NCBI GenBank assembly: GCA_965116885.1
Contig: OZ220741.1
Span: forward strand, 192,001 to 256,000
Reading direction: 5' to 3'
From: Candidatus Latescibacterota bacterium
GTDB taxonomy: Bacteria; Latescibacterota; UBA2968
Length of the DNA stretch: 64,000 nt
Shown here: piece by piece, positions 51,032 through 60,557 of the stretch
How the letters are laid out: each line of letters opens with the position of its first letter
Numbering within the stretch: the stretch's first letter is position 1
Made by a program: the position numbers and the translations under genes
Notes under the pieces: generated by a model
Told to the model about the DNA's origin: nothing
Seen by the model: the letters and a program-made list of their open reading frames with translations, nothing else
Databases searched by the model: none

Positions 51032-51865
51032 ATACAAAATGCGCTGATCGCTCAAATCCTTGCCACCGACCGTGCGCGTAAGCGACCCGCCCAAATACTC
51101 CACGACCTCCAAATCTGCCAGCGCATTGACGATATTATACATCGTAGGCAAATCTTCCCAACGCGCGCGGTTCCACGCAATACACCCATCGCCAACCAGG
51201 TGCTCTTCAACCTTTCGGTGTCCTCCCGTCGCTGGCGTAATAACTGGATACGCAATATCCTCCTTACCCCATACGCCCGTTCGCGGCATATACTTATAGT
51301 GAAGTGTTCCATCGACTTTCGCACCACCGCCCTTCGCAGGCGTCGGATCTTCGGATTTTGGCTTCAGATTCGTCACCGAAATATCCAGAAAATTGAACCC
51401 CAACCAACCCGCAACAGCCTGCGCTTCAACGCTCGTAATACGCGGCTCGGGCATCTCGCAATAGATCTTTGAAAATCCGAGTTCCTCGCGCCCGGTAATA
51501 ATCGGATCACAGAGATTCTCCCAGAGCACGGACAGAAAAGGCCCGCGAACATGGTCTCTCGCCCCCTTAAACACCGCCGGAAAAGAAACACCCAGAATAT
51601 TGTAACCGCGCCCTGCCAGCCATTCAATTTCCTTCATATAACTGGCATACACCGACACAACAGGCTCTCCGCCGAGTTCAAAACACTCGGGCAAAAGCGC
51701 CTTGAGTTGCTCCGCATTTGAAAGAAACGACACCGAAATCGAAGTACTCTTCGGATTATCCACACATTCAAATTTGCGACCATCTGGCCCCTGGCGAGGA
51801 CCCATAAGCGGGCCGAAATGCGTGGGCATGCGATACATCTTACCGGGTTGAAATTTATAAGCCAT
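51029..51865 (-). CDS. Acetoacetate decarboxylase (ADC) family protein
   Basis: YRMPTHFGP, LAGRGYN and ITGREELGFSK (Schiff-base Lys) motifs. Confidence 0.8.
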   Translation of the reverse strand: MAYKFQPGKMYRMPTHFGPLMGPRQGPDGRKFECVDNPKSTSISVSFLSNAEQLKALLPECFELGGEPVVSVYASYMKEIEWLAGRGYNILGVSFPAVFKGARDHVRGPFLSVLWENLCDPIITGREELGFSKIYCEMPEPRITSVEAQAVAGWLGFNFLDISVTNLKPKSEDPTPAKGGGAKVDGTLHYKYMPRTGVWGKEDIAYPVITPATGGHRKVEEHLVGDGCIAWNRARWEDLPTMYNIVNALADLEVVEYLGGSLTRTVGGKDLSDQRILY

Positions 51866-51890
51866 AAAAACTCCTTTTTTGTGTTTTTAC

Positions 51891-52703
51891 CTACTCCTCC
51901 TGCAAATTATCAACCATAGACAGCGGCGACCCCGCGAAAAGCCCGGCATCCACGGGCAGGACCACGCCCGAAATCCAGCGCGACTCATCGCTGCCCAAAA
52001 ACACGGCTGCCCAGGCAATATCCCATGCATTTCCCTCTGTTCCCAGCGGCGCAATTTTGCGGCGGCGCTCTCGCGACTCCTGGGGAATATTACCCACAAA
52101 AGTCGTGTGAAGATGCCCGGGCGCAATGCTATTCACGCGCACATTTTCGCGCCCATGGTGAACCGCTGCCAATCGCGTCAGCGCGATAATCCCCCCCTTG
52201 GTAATCCCATAGGGAACATTGCGCGAATTGCCGGCGCGCATACCGTCAATAGAAGAAATATTAATAATAGAACCGCCCCCAGATGCCGCCATCTCCGGAA
52301 TCGCGTACTTACACAAAAAAACCATACTCTTAAGCCCCACATCCATCACGCGATGCCAGTTCTCCTCTTCGACATCTGTCACCCTGCCAGGCCCGTGAAT
52401 CCCCACATTATTAAACAGAATATCCAACCTCCCATAGTGTTCAATCGCCGCATCCACAATCGCCCGACACTCATCCGTTCTGGAAACATCGGCCAAAACG
52501 ACCTCCGCCTCTCCACCCGCTGCCCGAATCTCCGCCCGGGTCCTCTCCGCATTCTCCCCATCAATATCTGCCAGAATTACCTTTGCCCCTTCGCGGGCAA
52601 AAAGCACCGCAGTCGCACTCCCTATCCCTCTCAATTCCCGATCCTCAACCTCGCGCGTCCCCGCACCCGTAACAATAGCGACCTTATCTTTCAAACGATC
52701 CAT
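51891..52703 (-). CDS. SDR family oxidoreductase
   Basis: TGAG..GIG, NNVG, YGITK. Confidence 0.9.
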   Translation of the reverse strand: MDRLKDKVAIVTGAGTREVEDRELRGIGSATAVLFAREGAKVILADIDGENAERTRAEIRAAGGEAEVVLADVSRTDECRAIVDAAIEHYGRLDILFNNVGIHGPGRVTDVEEENWHRVMDVGLKSMVFLCKYAIPEMAASGGGSIINISSIDGMRAGNSRNVPYGITKGGIIALTRLAAVHHGRENVRVNSIAPGHLHTTFVGNIPQESRERRRKIAPLGTEGNAWDIAWAAVFLGSDESRWISGVVLPVDAGLFAGSPLSMVDNLQEE

Positions 52704-52713
52704 AAAAACTCCC

Positions 52714-54159
52714 TCATCTCCTCAAATTTACCCAACGCTGGTATTTATCGTGATCAAATCGATCGCGCAGTGGTCCAAGATGCGTCTCGATCAAATCCCG
52801 GCGAACCGACTCAAGCTCCGCATCTTCCACCAGATTATTCAACTCATCCGGATCGGCTTCCACATCATACAATTCAACAGGCCTCTCCGAAACCGATTCC
52901 ACCCCGAGTTTATACCGCCCGTCAAACACCATCGTATGGCCCAAAACCTCGCTAATAACAGCATCCTTCCCCCTCTGCGCCCCCTCTGCATTGACCCCCG
53001 CTTGAACCTGTGAAACAAGAGACTGCCCATCGGTCTGCAAAGGTTCGGCATCCGCAATATCAACAACAGAAGCAACCACATCAATCACATCGGTCAACGC
53101 CCTGGTTTGCCAACCCCGCGTACCTCCTGGCGGGCGCACAATCAGGGGAACGCGAACAGACGCATCGTAAAAAACGATCTTATTATACAACATATGATCG
53201 CCCAGCATCTCGCCGTGATCGGAGTTATAAATAACCCATGTATTATCCGCCTGACCAGATTCCTCAAGCGCGTCGAGCATCTCGCCAATATAGTGGTCAA
53301 TAAGCGTAATCTTCGCAAAATAATTAACCATCATAATTTGCTTTTGCTCAACCGTCATACCCGACAAATTCTTACTCCTCTGCATCCGTCGAACATTCAG
53401 CGGAACGGGCTCATCCGGCGCATCCATAATACCCGCGGGCATATCCCCGGGATCGTACAAATCCCGGTACTCCTGCGGAGAATCAAACGGATCGTGGGGA
53501 CCGGGACAAAGAACCTGCAAATAAAAAGGCTTATCGCCCTTGTAATCGCGAATCCAATTCGCCGCAGTGCGCCCCGTATAACTATCCAGATGCGCCTCGG
53601 TAGGCAATGGACAGGGAGGTTCCTCCCACGGCTTGAGCGTCCCACTTTGCCAGGGAATGCGAAAATCATTGATAAATTTTCGATGCGTCTCCAACAGACC
53701 CATCTCTTCGAGATAATCGGTATAAGGCGAACTGTGTCTTCCCGAAGCAATCGGACCGTGAAGCTCGTGCGGATCGTCAAACCCCCACGCATTGAGCACA
53801 TCGACGCGATCTCTGCTATGCGAAGCCGGAACCCCGCCGTGAAGATAGAGATGTGACTTCCCGATCAAAGCCGTGTGATAACCCGCATCGCGCACCTGAC
53901 GCACATGACTGGGACCTTCACAATCGGCATCCTGATCATTTGCCCACAGCCCGTGCTCGCGGGGATACAGACCGCTCATCATAGATGCGCGAGACGGCAT
54001 ACACAGCGGACAATTGGTATAACACTGCGTATAAGTAACACTCTCAGACGCGAGGCGATCCAGATTCGGCGTCTTAACCACCGGATGCCCAACACAGCCC
54101 ATCGCATCGCCGCGATGCTGGTCGGAAAAGATATAGAGAATATTGGGTTGATCAGCCAT
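52714..54159 (-). CDS. Sulfatase
   Basis: PNILYIFSDQHR, CMPSR, GKSH, PHDP and SDHG motifs. Confidence 0.92.
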   Translation of the reverse strand: MADQPNILYIFSDQHRGDAMGCVGHPVVKTPNLDRLASESVTYTQCYTNCPLCMPSRASMMSGLYPREHGLWANDQDADCEGPSHVRQVRDAGYHTALIGKSHLYLHGGVPASHSRDRVDVLNAWGFDDPHELHGPIASGRHSSPYTDYLEEMGLLETHRKFINDFRIPWQSGTLKPWEEPPCPLPTEAHLDSYTGRTAANWIRDYKGDKPFYLQVLCPGPHDPFDSPQEYRDLYDPGDMPAGIMDAPDEPVPLNVRRMQRSKNLSGMTVEQKQIMMVNYFAKITLIDHYIGEMLDALEESGQADNTWVIYNSDHGEMLGDHMLYNKIVFYDASVRVPLIVRPPGGTRGWQTRALTDVIDVVASVVDIADAEPLQTDGQSLVSQVQAGVNAEGAQRGKDAVISEVLGHTMVFDGRYKLGVESVSERPVELYDVEADPDELNNLVEDAELESVRRDLIETHLGPLRDRFDHDKYQRWVNLRR

Positions 54160-54171
54160 GAAAACTCCTTA

Positions 54172-54303
54172 GAGGCTGTTTTAAAACTCATTCTGACCCC
54201 TCCCCCGGCCCCTCCCCGAAACGGGGAGGGGAGACCTGGTTCCCCCCTTCCTCTCAGGAAGGGGGGTTAGGGGGGTAGGTCCCAATAATTTTAAAACAGC
54301 TTC
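54172..54303. mobile_element. 132 bp MITE copy 2
   Basis: TIRs GAGGCTGTTTTAAAA / TTTTAAAACAGCTTC (14/15 match); TTA on both flanks; internal GC-rich palindromes. Confidence 0.8.
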
Positions 54304-54313
54304 TTAAAACTCC

Positions 54314-55351
54314 TTATCTCGGAATCGCGACCCTGCGCCCTCTCGACATCAGCGCCGCCTCATAAACCTTCATAACAGACAGCGCGAACGCCAGGGACCC
54401 GACCTCTGCCGTCTTATCTTCCAGAACACAATCGCAGAAATAGCGCATCTCATTGTAAAAACCCTGCGTAAAAAGTGCCTTATTCTCAAGCGTCCCCAGC
54501 GTGTCTTGAGGCTCCCATGAGATCGCACCAGAATCCAAACCCGGGGGAATATAACTTCTCGTACTTGAATAATTAAAAGGAATACCGCGTTCCAGAGTCA
54601 CGCGAAGATCTTTATCAATCGCCACATGCTGCTTCCCCCAAAATGCATACCGCTCGCATCCCCGACGCGCGGAAACCAGATTAAAAGACCCCACGACACC
54701 GCTCGCAAATTCGAGAATACACACACCAGTGCCGTGATCGCTTCTGTGCATAGTCACAGCCGAAACATCTCCCCCAACAGCGAGCAGCAGCGAAAGTGGA
54801 TGGCAGCCATTCTTCAGCCAGTTGGGCGCTTCGCGCGATCTGAGCACCTTCTCCCCATCCTCGGGAATCGTCATCGGATACTCTGCGGAAAGCCCTCTGA
54901 GCGGACCGCAATCCTCTGTCTCCATCAACTCAATCACCTTCCGGGTCGCCGGCATAAATGCCTTCTTGAACCCAACAACAACCACGCGATCCCCACGGTG
55001 GCGCATCATCGTTTCCACCTCAGAAGCCAGCGTAGCGGGCGGCTTCTCCATCCACACATGCAGCCCGGCATCCAACGCCTCGCACGCCAGTTCTGGATGT
55101 GCTTCCGGAGAAACACAAATAAAAACGCAATCCAAATCCTCACCCGCGTACATATCCGCAGTACTGGCATAGCAAGCACCCACGCCGTATTCCTCCGCCG
55201 TCGCCTTCGCGAGATCCAGCCTCAAGTCGCAAAAAGCCTTAAGCCTCACCGGGAGATAATGCATCGCAGGCAGGACATTCCTGTAACAATGTGACCCCAC
55301 GCCAACAACGCCGACATTCAGCCGGCTTTCAAACTCTCGCTGATAACTCAT
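54314..55351 (-). CDS. Gfo/Idh/MocA family oxidoreductase
   Basis: [17 protein letters not shown]. Confidence 0.88.
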   Translation of the reverse strand: MSYQREFESRLNVGVVGVGSHCYRNVLPAMHYLPVRLKAFCDLRLDLAKATAEEYGVGACYASTADMYAGEDLDCVFICVSPEAHPELACEALDAGLHVWMEKPPATLASEVETMMRHRGDRVVVVGFKKAFMPATRKVIELMETEDCGPLRGLSAEYPMTIPEDGEKVLRSREAPNWLKNGCHPLSLLLAVGGDVSAVTMHRSDHGTGVCILEFASGVVGSFNLVSARRGCERYAFWGKQHVAIDKDLRVTLERGIPFNYSSTRSYIPPGLDSGAISWEPQDTLGTLENKALFTQGFYNEMRYFCDCVLEDKTAEVGSLAFALSVMKVYEAALMSRGRRVAIPR

Positions 55352-55356
55352 AGCTA

Positions 55357-55761
55357 TTATCTGGCAAAACTGGAGCGCAATTTAACACCCCACCTGCCAT
55401 CCTCATACGTCAAAACATAAAGTGAATCGTGAGCCGCAATCACCGAACCGTCTTCGCGGTAGCGGGTAAATTGCGTATCGACGTGAATCTTCTCATCCGA
55501 ACAATGGACGACCTCGCGCCGGGTCCAAACACTGTGGTGCCAGCCCATATTGCCCAACCCCGTCCTCACACGCGCGATAAACTCATCGTCCATATCCGCG
55601 TCTTCCCATCGGTGCATGATTCCCGAAGCCAGGCGAAAATGTGGAAAATGCATCGTCGCTTTCCACGCCTGCAGATCCAGCGCATTAAAACCGACCATCC
55701 ACGCATCCAGCACGGGAATCGCCCGTTCTCTGGCCTGTGTAACTGCCTCTTTTGATGGCAT
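55357..55761 (-). CDS. Small NTF2/SnoaL-like hypothetical protein
   Basis: HFPH, GWHHS.W, KIHV..FTRY and GRWG motifs; GGAGG RBS. Confidence 0.6.
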   Translation of the reverse strand: MPSKEAVTQARERAIPVLDAWMVGFNALDLQAWKATMHFPHFRLASGIMHRWEDADMDDEFIARVRTGLGNMGWHHSVWTRREVVHCSDEKIHVDTQFTRYREDGSVIAAHDSLYVLTYEDGRWGVKLRSSFAR

Positions 55762-55854
55762 AAACCCTCCCTGGACGAATCAACGAATCAACGAACCCCA
55801 CCCAACCACCCCAACGGGCGGGCACAGGGGCACCGCCCCTACATTGTGTAGATA

Positions 55855-55904
55855 AACTGCTGACGCAGTCATGCTCGGAGCGTTGTACAACTGCGTCAGC
55901 AGTT
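55855..55904. repeat. Perfect 15 bp inverted repeat (mini-MITE-like hairpin)
   Basis: AACTGCTGACGCAGT ... ACTGCGTCAGCAGTT. Confidence 0.7.
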
Positions 55905-55940
55905 CATTACTCGCCTTCATACACCACTCCGTTGATTCGT

Positions 55941-58412
55941 TTAATGAGGCAAATAATATTCGTGAAGTTGCTCTTTCGCTATGCCCTTTGCGATCAGACC
56001 GTCAACATAGTCTTCATCATAACCCAATTCCCCGAGAATCTCCCTCGTATGCGCACCCTGTTTGGGACATGCGTAGAGCAATTGAACAGGCGCATTCTTC
56101 AAACGCACATAAGCGGGCGGCGCGATATCGACAGCACTGCCAGCCGGGTGATCCGTAAAACGCACAATAGAAATGGAGCGCCCATCATCCCATGCATCCA
56201 AACTCTCGTCACACACCTCGTGCAAAAACATCTCGCGAATATCCTCAAGCGAATCAATGCGGTGCCCGGCCAGACCCACCTCGTTAAAAACCTTAACCCA
56301 ATGGGCCACATCGCGTTTTTTGATCTCACCCTCTAAAAATTCGCCAGCATCTTCATCGGGTGTATTCTCCAACCCCGCAACACACCTCAACTTACCCATC
56401 TCATGCGCCAACCCACCCAGGAAAACCCAGCCATCTCGCGCGCGATACATGCGGTGAAGCGCGTGTTCACCAACGGCATCCTGTCCCGCTGGTTCATCGC
56501 CCGAGCATCCGGCTTCGCAAGCATACATAAAAGGCGCCTGCACGAGTTGCCCCCCCTGCGCGAGCGAAGTCGTCACAAAATCGCCACCATCGGGAACGCC
56601 ACTGCGCCTGCGCTTGAGCAACGCCAGCACCGCGCCATAAGTAGCCGAATATCCCGTAATATAATCGATACACGACGCCCAACCGTGCAACACCGGCCTA
56701 TTCCCCTCGCCACCATAGCGCATCTGTATCCCCGTCGATCCCTGAAGCAAAGGATCAAAACCCGGGCGATTCATCCACGGACCCGGACGCGGGCCATTAA
56801 ACGCCGTCAAATTGAGATACACAATATCGGGTTTACACCGCTTAACAGCATCGTAATCAATACCCAAACTCTGCGCAACCCCGGGCCGGAAATTGTGAAC
56901 AATAACATCGGCTGTCTCAACCAACTTCATAAAAGCCGCCCTGCCAGCCTCGTCTTTCAAATTCAAAATCACACTCCGCTTCCCGGGGCTGACCTCCAGA
57001 GGAAACCAACTGGAAATGCGCGGACCAAAATAAGGCTCCGGCGGATCAATCTTAATAACCTCCGCGCCGTATTCCGCCAGCGTACGCGCACTGGCTGGTC
57101 CCGCGAGCACATTGGACAAATCCAGAACGCGGATACCCTCCAGAATGGGTTTTACAACTTCCATAGATTTGGATTCACCGCCACCTGCAAAAGATCCATC
57201 TGCGTCCATCTGCGTCATCTGCGGATACGCTTCTAACGGCCTCGACGGCCTGGGAATCGCGCATTCATCCGGCGTCTTGGAAAGCCACGTCTGCACGCCG
57301 AGTTGCCGCATCGGTCCATACTCGGGATCATCAACCACAACCGTCAAAGCCGCTTCTTCAGTCTCAGGTTTGTGCAACCAATCCTGTGCCGTACGCTGAA
57401 TCGTACACGGCACGCCAGCAGCCGTCAAAACATCAACCCAGTGTTGTGCGGGTTCGCTCGCCAGCACACTTTCAATTTTCTCGCGCGCTTTGAGATTCCA
57501 TTCACGGGACAAATGGGATGAATCGGGAATATTATTCGTCAGATGCAAATTCTCATAAACCGGCACATCGACCATACCCTCCGCAATCAAATCGTCGTAC
57601 ACCTCCAGCGCCTTGACCAGTGATCGGCTATTTCGAGAATGCCCAGCCGCAATAATATAAAGCCATTGCCCATCTCCCGCCCGAAACGTACCACTAAACG
57701 GCGACCTCACACTACTACGTTGCTTCCGACGATTAGCATTAGACGACGGACCATATCGCGCGGGCTTATCCGCCACATCCAGCATAATAACCGCCATAGC
57801 AGACATCGCCGCGCCAACCAGAGAAACCTCAATCACATCGCCACACCCGCTCTCTTCACGCGCATATAGCGCAAGCGTAACAGCGATAGCACCGTGAATC
57901 GCCCCATAAGTCGAACCCAACGGCATCGGCGTATAAACAGGCGGCAGATCCGGTCTTCTACTCTGAAGATCTGTATATTGACCTATAGCCGCGCTGATAA
58001 TACCTTCAAATGCGCGAATGGACGCTCTTTCATCCGTCGAAGCAAACCCCGGCAAAGAGAGATAAACCAACCCCGGATTCAGCGCAGTCATCTCTTCTGC
58101 CCCCAAACCCAATCGCTGCATAACACCCGGACGAAAATTTTCAATAACCACATCTGCAGAACGTATTAACTTCACCGCAGTCGTGAGATCATCTGCATCT
58201 TTCAGATCGAGCGCGATGCGCTGTTTGCCCCGATTAAAAACGCCATTTGCCGGCGTATCGTAATCCGGTTTGCCCGGCCGATCCACCTTAATCACCTCAG
58301 CACCCTGATCTACAAGCAACATCCCCGCCAAAGGCCCGGCAATATAATGACCGAAGTCGATAACGCGGATCCCGGTCAACGGCGCTTGTTTATCGCGTTC
58401 CGGATTCATCAT
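55941..58412 (-). CDS. Class III CoA-transferase with two tandem CaiB domains (DddD-like architecture)
   Basis: PLTGIRVIDF..IAGP..ENFRPG and LEGIRVLDL..LAGP..HNFRPG; GFD in domain 2 and AFE in domain 1. Confidence 0.85.
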   Translation of the reverse strand: MMNPERDKQAPLTGIRVIDFGHYIAGPLAGMLLVDQGAEVIKVDRPGKPDYDTPANGVFNRGKQRIALDLKDADDLTTAVKLIRSADVVIENFRPGVMQRLGLGAEEMTALNPGLVYLSLPGFASTDERASIRAFEGIISAAIGQYTDLQSRRPDLPPVYTPMPLGSTYGAIHGAIAVTLALYAREESGCGDVIEVSLVGAAMSAMAVIMLDVADKPARYGPSSNANRRKQRSSVRSPFSGTFRAGDGQWLYIIAAGHSRNSRSLVKALEVYDDLIAEGMVDVPVYENLHLTNNIPDSSHLSREWNLKAREKIESVLASEPAQHWVDVLTAAGVPCTIQRTAQDWLHKPETEEAALTVVVDDPEYGPMRQLGVQTWLSKTPDECAIPRPSRPLEAYPQMTQMDADGSFAGGGESKSMEVVKPILEGIRVLDLSNVLAGPASARTLAEYGAEVIKIDPPEPYFGPRISSWFPLEVSPGKRSVILNLKDEAGRAAFMKLVETADVIVHNFRPGVAQSLGIDYDAVKRCKPDIVYLNLTAFNGPRPGPWMNRPGFDPLLQGSTGIQMRYGGEGNRPVLHGWASCIDYITGYSATYGAVLALLKRRRSGVPDGGDFVTTSLAQGGQLVQAPFMYACEAGCSGDEPAGQDAVGEHALHRMYRARDGWVFLGGLAHEMGKLRCVAGLENTPDEDAGEFLEGEIKKRDVAHWVKVFNEVGLAGHRIDSLEDIREMFLHEVCDESLDAWDDGRSISIVRFTDHPAGSAVDIAPPAYVRLKNAPVQLLYACPKQGAHTREILGELGYDEDYVDGLIAKGIAKEQLHEYYLPH

Positions 58413-58605
58413 CTATCTCCTCGCATAAAGTCCTCTGATGGCCCCTTAACTGGTGTTACGCATAGATGCGCCTGTCATTCCCATTTCATAAGCATGACAA
58501 GATATAGCGTTGCTGCGTAAGGTCAAATATATTTTATGAAGAAATCCACTTGAGTTTTGGAATTCCGCTGATGATCGGCGCGAAGCTGGTGCTGGTCAAT
58601 CAATC

Positions 58606-58639
58606 AAAAAGCCCGTCAATCAACTCAATTGACGGGCTT
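58606..58639 (-). terminator. Intrinsic terminator downstream of the epimerase
   Basis: 12 bp stem AAGCCCGTCAAT / ATTGACGGGCTT with a U tract on the minus strand. Confidence 0.8.
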
Positions 58640-58670
58640 CTTCTTGTTTGTCGATGAAGAACAATATGAA

Positions 58671-59636
58671 TTAGAGAACTTGTTGTCGTCTCTTTTCCAA
58701 AAACCATCTCGCAAAACTTTCAATACCTTCTTCAATATCCACTTTAGGAGTAAAATTATACAGTCTTTTAGCTTTTGAAATATCCGCATACGTTAGACAA
58801 ACGTCACCGGGTTGTTCAGGATATTGATCAATAACGGCTTTATACTTCAACGCATCCTGAATTATCTCAAGAGCATAGCTCAACTTAACAGTTCTCGAGT
58901 TACCAAAATTGACGATCTCAAAAGAATTTGGATATTTGAGTGCTGTGACCAGACCATCTACAATATCAGAGATGTAAGTATAGTCTCGTTGGGTACTTCC
59001 ATCCCCGAACATCCGTATAGATTGATTTGATATCATTTGTCTTGCGAAAATATGAAATCCCATATCTGGACGTTGACGAGGTCCATAAACCGTAAAAAAA
59101 CGAAAACAGGTAATAGGAATACCAAATAAATGATGATATGCATGGCAGATGAGCTCAACACTTCGTTTTGTGGCAGCATAAGGCGATATCGGTTTGTCCG
59201 CTGTATCTGTTTCTTGAAAAGGGACTTTATCAGAATTTCCATATACAGATGAAGATGATGCCACCAAAAGGTTTTCAATTCCCACCTTGCGGCAAGTTTC
59301 GAGAACTGTGATAGTGCCACCAACATTGACATCTTCATAACTCAGGGGAGTTTCTAAAGAAGCTCTTACACCTGCGCGAGCTGCCAGGTGGACTACCTTT
59401 TTAATTTTGTGATTCTCAAAGAGCACTTCAAAAGCATCTCGATTTCGGATATCCCCCTCGACAAAAGTGTAATTGGGAAGATTCTGAGCTTTAGAAATAT
59501 TATCTCGTTTTATTTTTTGTGAATAACTGTTATTTAAAGCATCGAAGACTACCACTTTTTCACCTGACTCAAGTAGCTTTTCTGCCAGATGAGATCCGAT
59601 AAATCCAGCCCCTCCTGTAATAAGTATGCTCGACAT
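58671..59636 (-). CDS. NAD-dependent epimerase (UDP-glucuronate 4-epimerase-like)
   Basis: TGGAGFIG, HLAARAGVRAS, SSSSVYG, YAATK and RFFTVYGPRQRPDM motifs. Confidence 0.92.
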   Translation of the reverse strand: MSSILITGGAGFIGSHLAEKLLESGEKVVVFDALNNSYSQKIKRDNISKAQNLPNYTFVEGDIRNRDAFEVLFENHKIKKVVHLAARAGVRASLETPLSYEDVNVGGTITVLETCRKVGIENLLVASSSSVYGNSDKVPFQETDTADKPISPYAATKRSVELICHAYHHLFGIPITCFRFFTVYGPRQRPDMGFHIFARQMISNQSIRMFGDGSTQRDYTYISDIVDGLVTALKYPNSFEIVNFGNSRTVKLSYALEIIQDALKYKAVIDQYPEQPGDVCLTYADISKAKRLYNFTPKVDIEEGIESFARWFLEKRRQQVL

Positions 59637-59692
59637 CTCGTTCTCCTTTTTTTAAAAGGAAATACGTAGAAGCAATGAGGTATTCAAAAGTT

Positions 59693-59968
59693 GACAGAGC
59701 GGCAAAAAGTCAGTGATTGTCACGATGGGCAAGGTGCGGTTCAATACCGGGTATTGCTACGCGCATTGGGTCTCAACAAACATCATGTCGCTGCTTGGAA
59801 GGGATCGTTCTACCCTCAAAAGTTTTTTGGTAGGCTTTTGAGGGCCGTGTGATACAATCAACGGGTTCTTGGGTCGGGCAAACCTGTACCAAGGTGTACC
59901 AGCAGCCGGTTTGAAGCTCGCACGACAAGGGTTTGCAGGTCGCTTTCGCGACTTTTTGCCGCCTCGTC
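59693..59968. mobile_element. 276 bp MITE-like element with TIRs, a 7 bp TSD and a highly structured interior
   Basis: TIRs GACAGAGCGGCAAAAAGTC / GACTTTTTGCCGCCTCGTC (16/19 match); direct repeat AAAAGTT at 59686..59692 and 59969..59975. Confidence 0.75.
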
Positions 59969-59992
59969 AAAAGTTGTAGATGATAGAAGGTA

Positions 59993-60544
59993 CTATGGCA
60001 TTCCTAAATTTGAAGCAAACATGCGGGCAATATTGGGTTTACCCATTGCAGCATCACGAACGATACCCTCTTCATTGACGAATAAAGCGGTCGGTACACC
60101 AATAATACCACAGGTTTTTAATACAGCTCTTGAACTATCGAATCCCACAGTTGCGACAATTTCGTGGTTTTTGAGTTTTTTGGCCAAAGTCTGCTGATGT
60201 CCCACACCAATGACAAATGCTGACAGACTTGCCGAAGCCATTTTTAACAATGGATAAGTTGCATCACATCCACGACAATCGGATGCTGTGAAATAGAGGA
60301 TATAAGGCGAATCACCCATCGCATCGGAAGAAATTTGGTGTTCTCCATTGAGGCTGGCAACTTCAAAATCGGGCACTGGTTTGCCAATTAACTCAGCCAA
60401 AGGATTCACGAGTATGCCAGGGGGGTGTCCAGCCACGAGGCGAATTCCTACAGAAATACACAGGGCAACCAACAAGCCGCAACCAAGCGACATCAGGAGT
60501 ATCAAGCGTCCGTTCACATTTTGCATTTGAGTGTTGTGCATCAT
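59993..60544 (-). CDS. Membrane-anchored TlpA/redoxin-like thioredoxin-fold protein
   Basis: N-terminal TM helix, IGKPVPDF, CRGC, GVPT.LFVN..G. Confidence 0.8.
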   Translation of the reverse strand: MMHNTQMQNVNGRLILLMSLGCGLLVALCISVGIRLVAGHPPGILVNPLAELIGKPVPDFEVASLNGEHQISSDAMGDSPYILYFTASDCRGCDATYPLLKMASASLSAFVIGVGHQQTLAKKLKNHEIVATVGFDSSRAVLKTCGIIGVPTALFVNEEGIVRDAAMGKPNIARMFASNLGMP

Positions 60545-60557
60545 CTTTTTGTATTCC

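Noticed and set aside
58585..58600. CCAGCACCA (minus strand) as a tRNA-derived att site at the island border
   Set aside because: Too short; no T-loop, partner copy or integrase in the window.
59773..59970. 65-aa Cys-rich ORF as a glycocin/RiPP precursor next to GT4 and a thioredoxin
   Set aside because: It has a TTG start with no RBS, starts at the TIR/TSD junction and lies almost wholly inside the MITE-like element, so it is most likely incidental. Reading through its TGA gives no recognisable domain.
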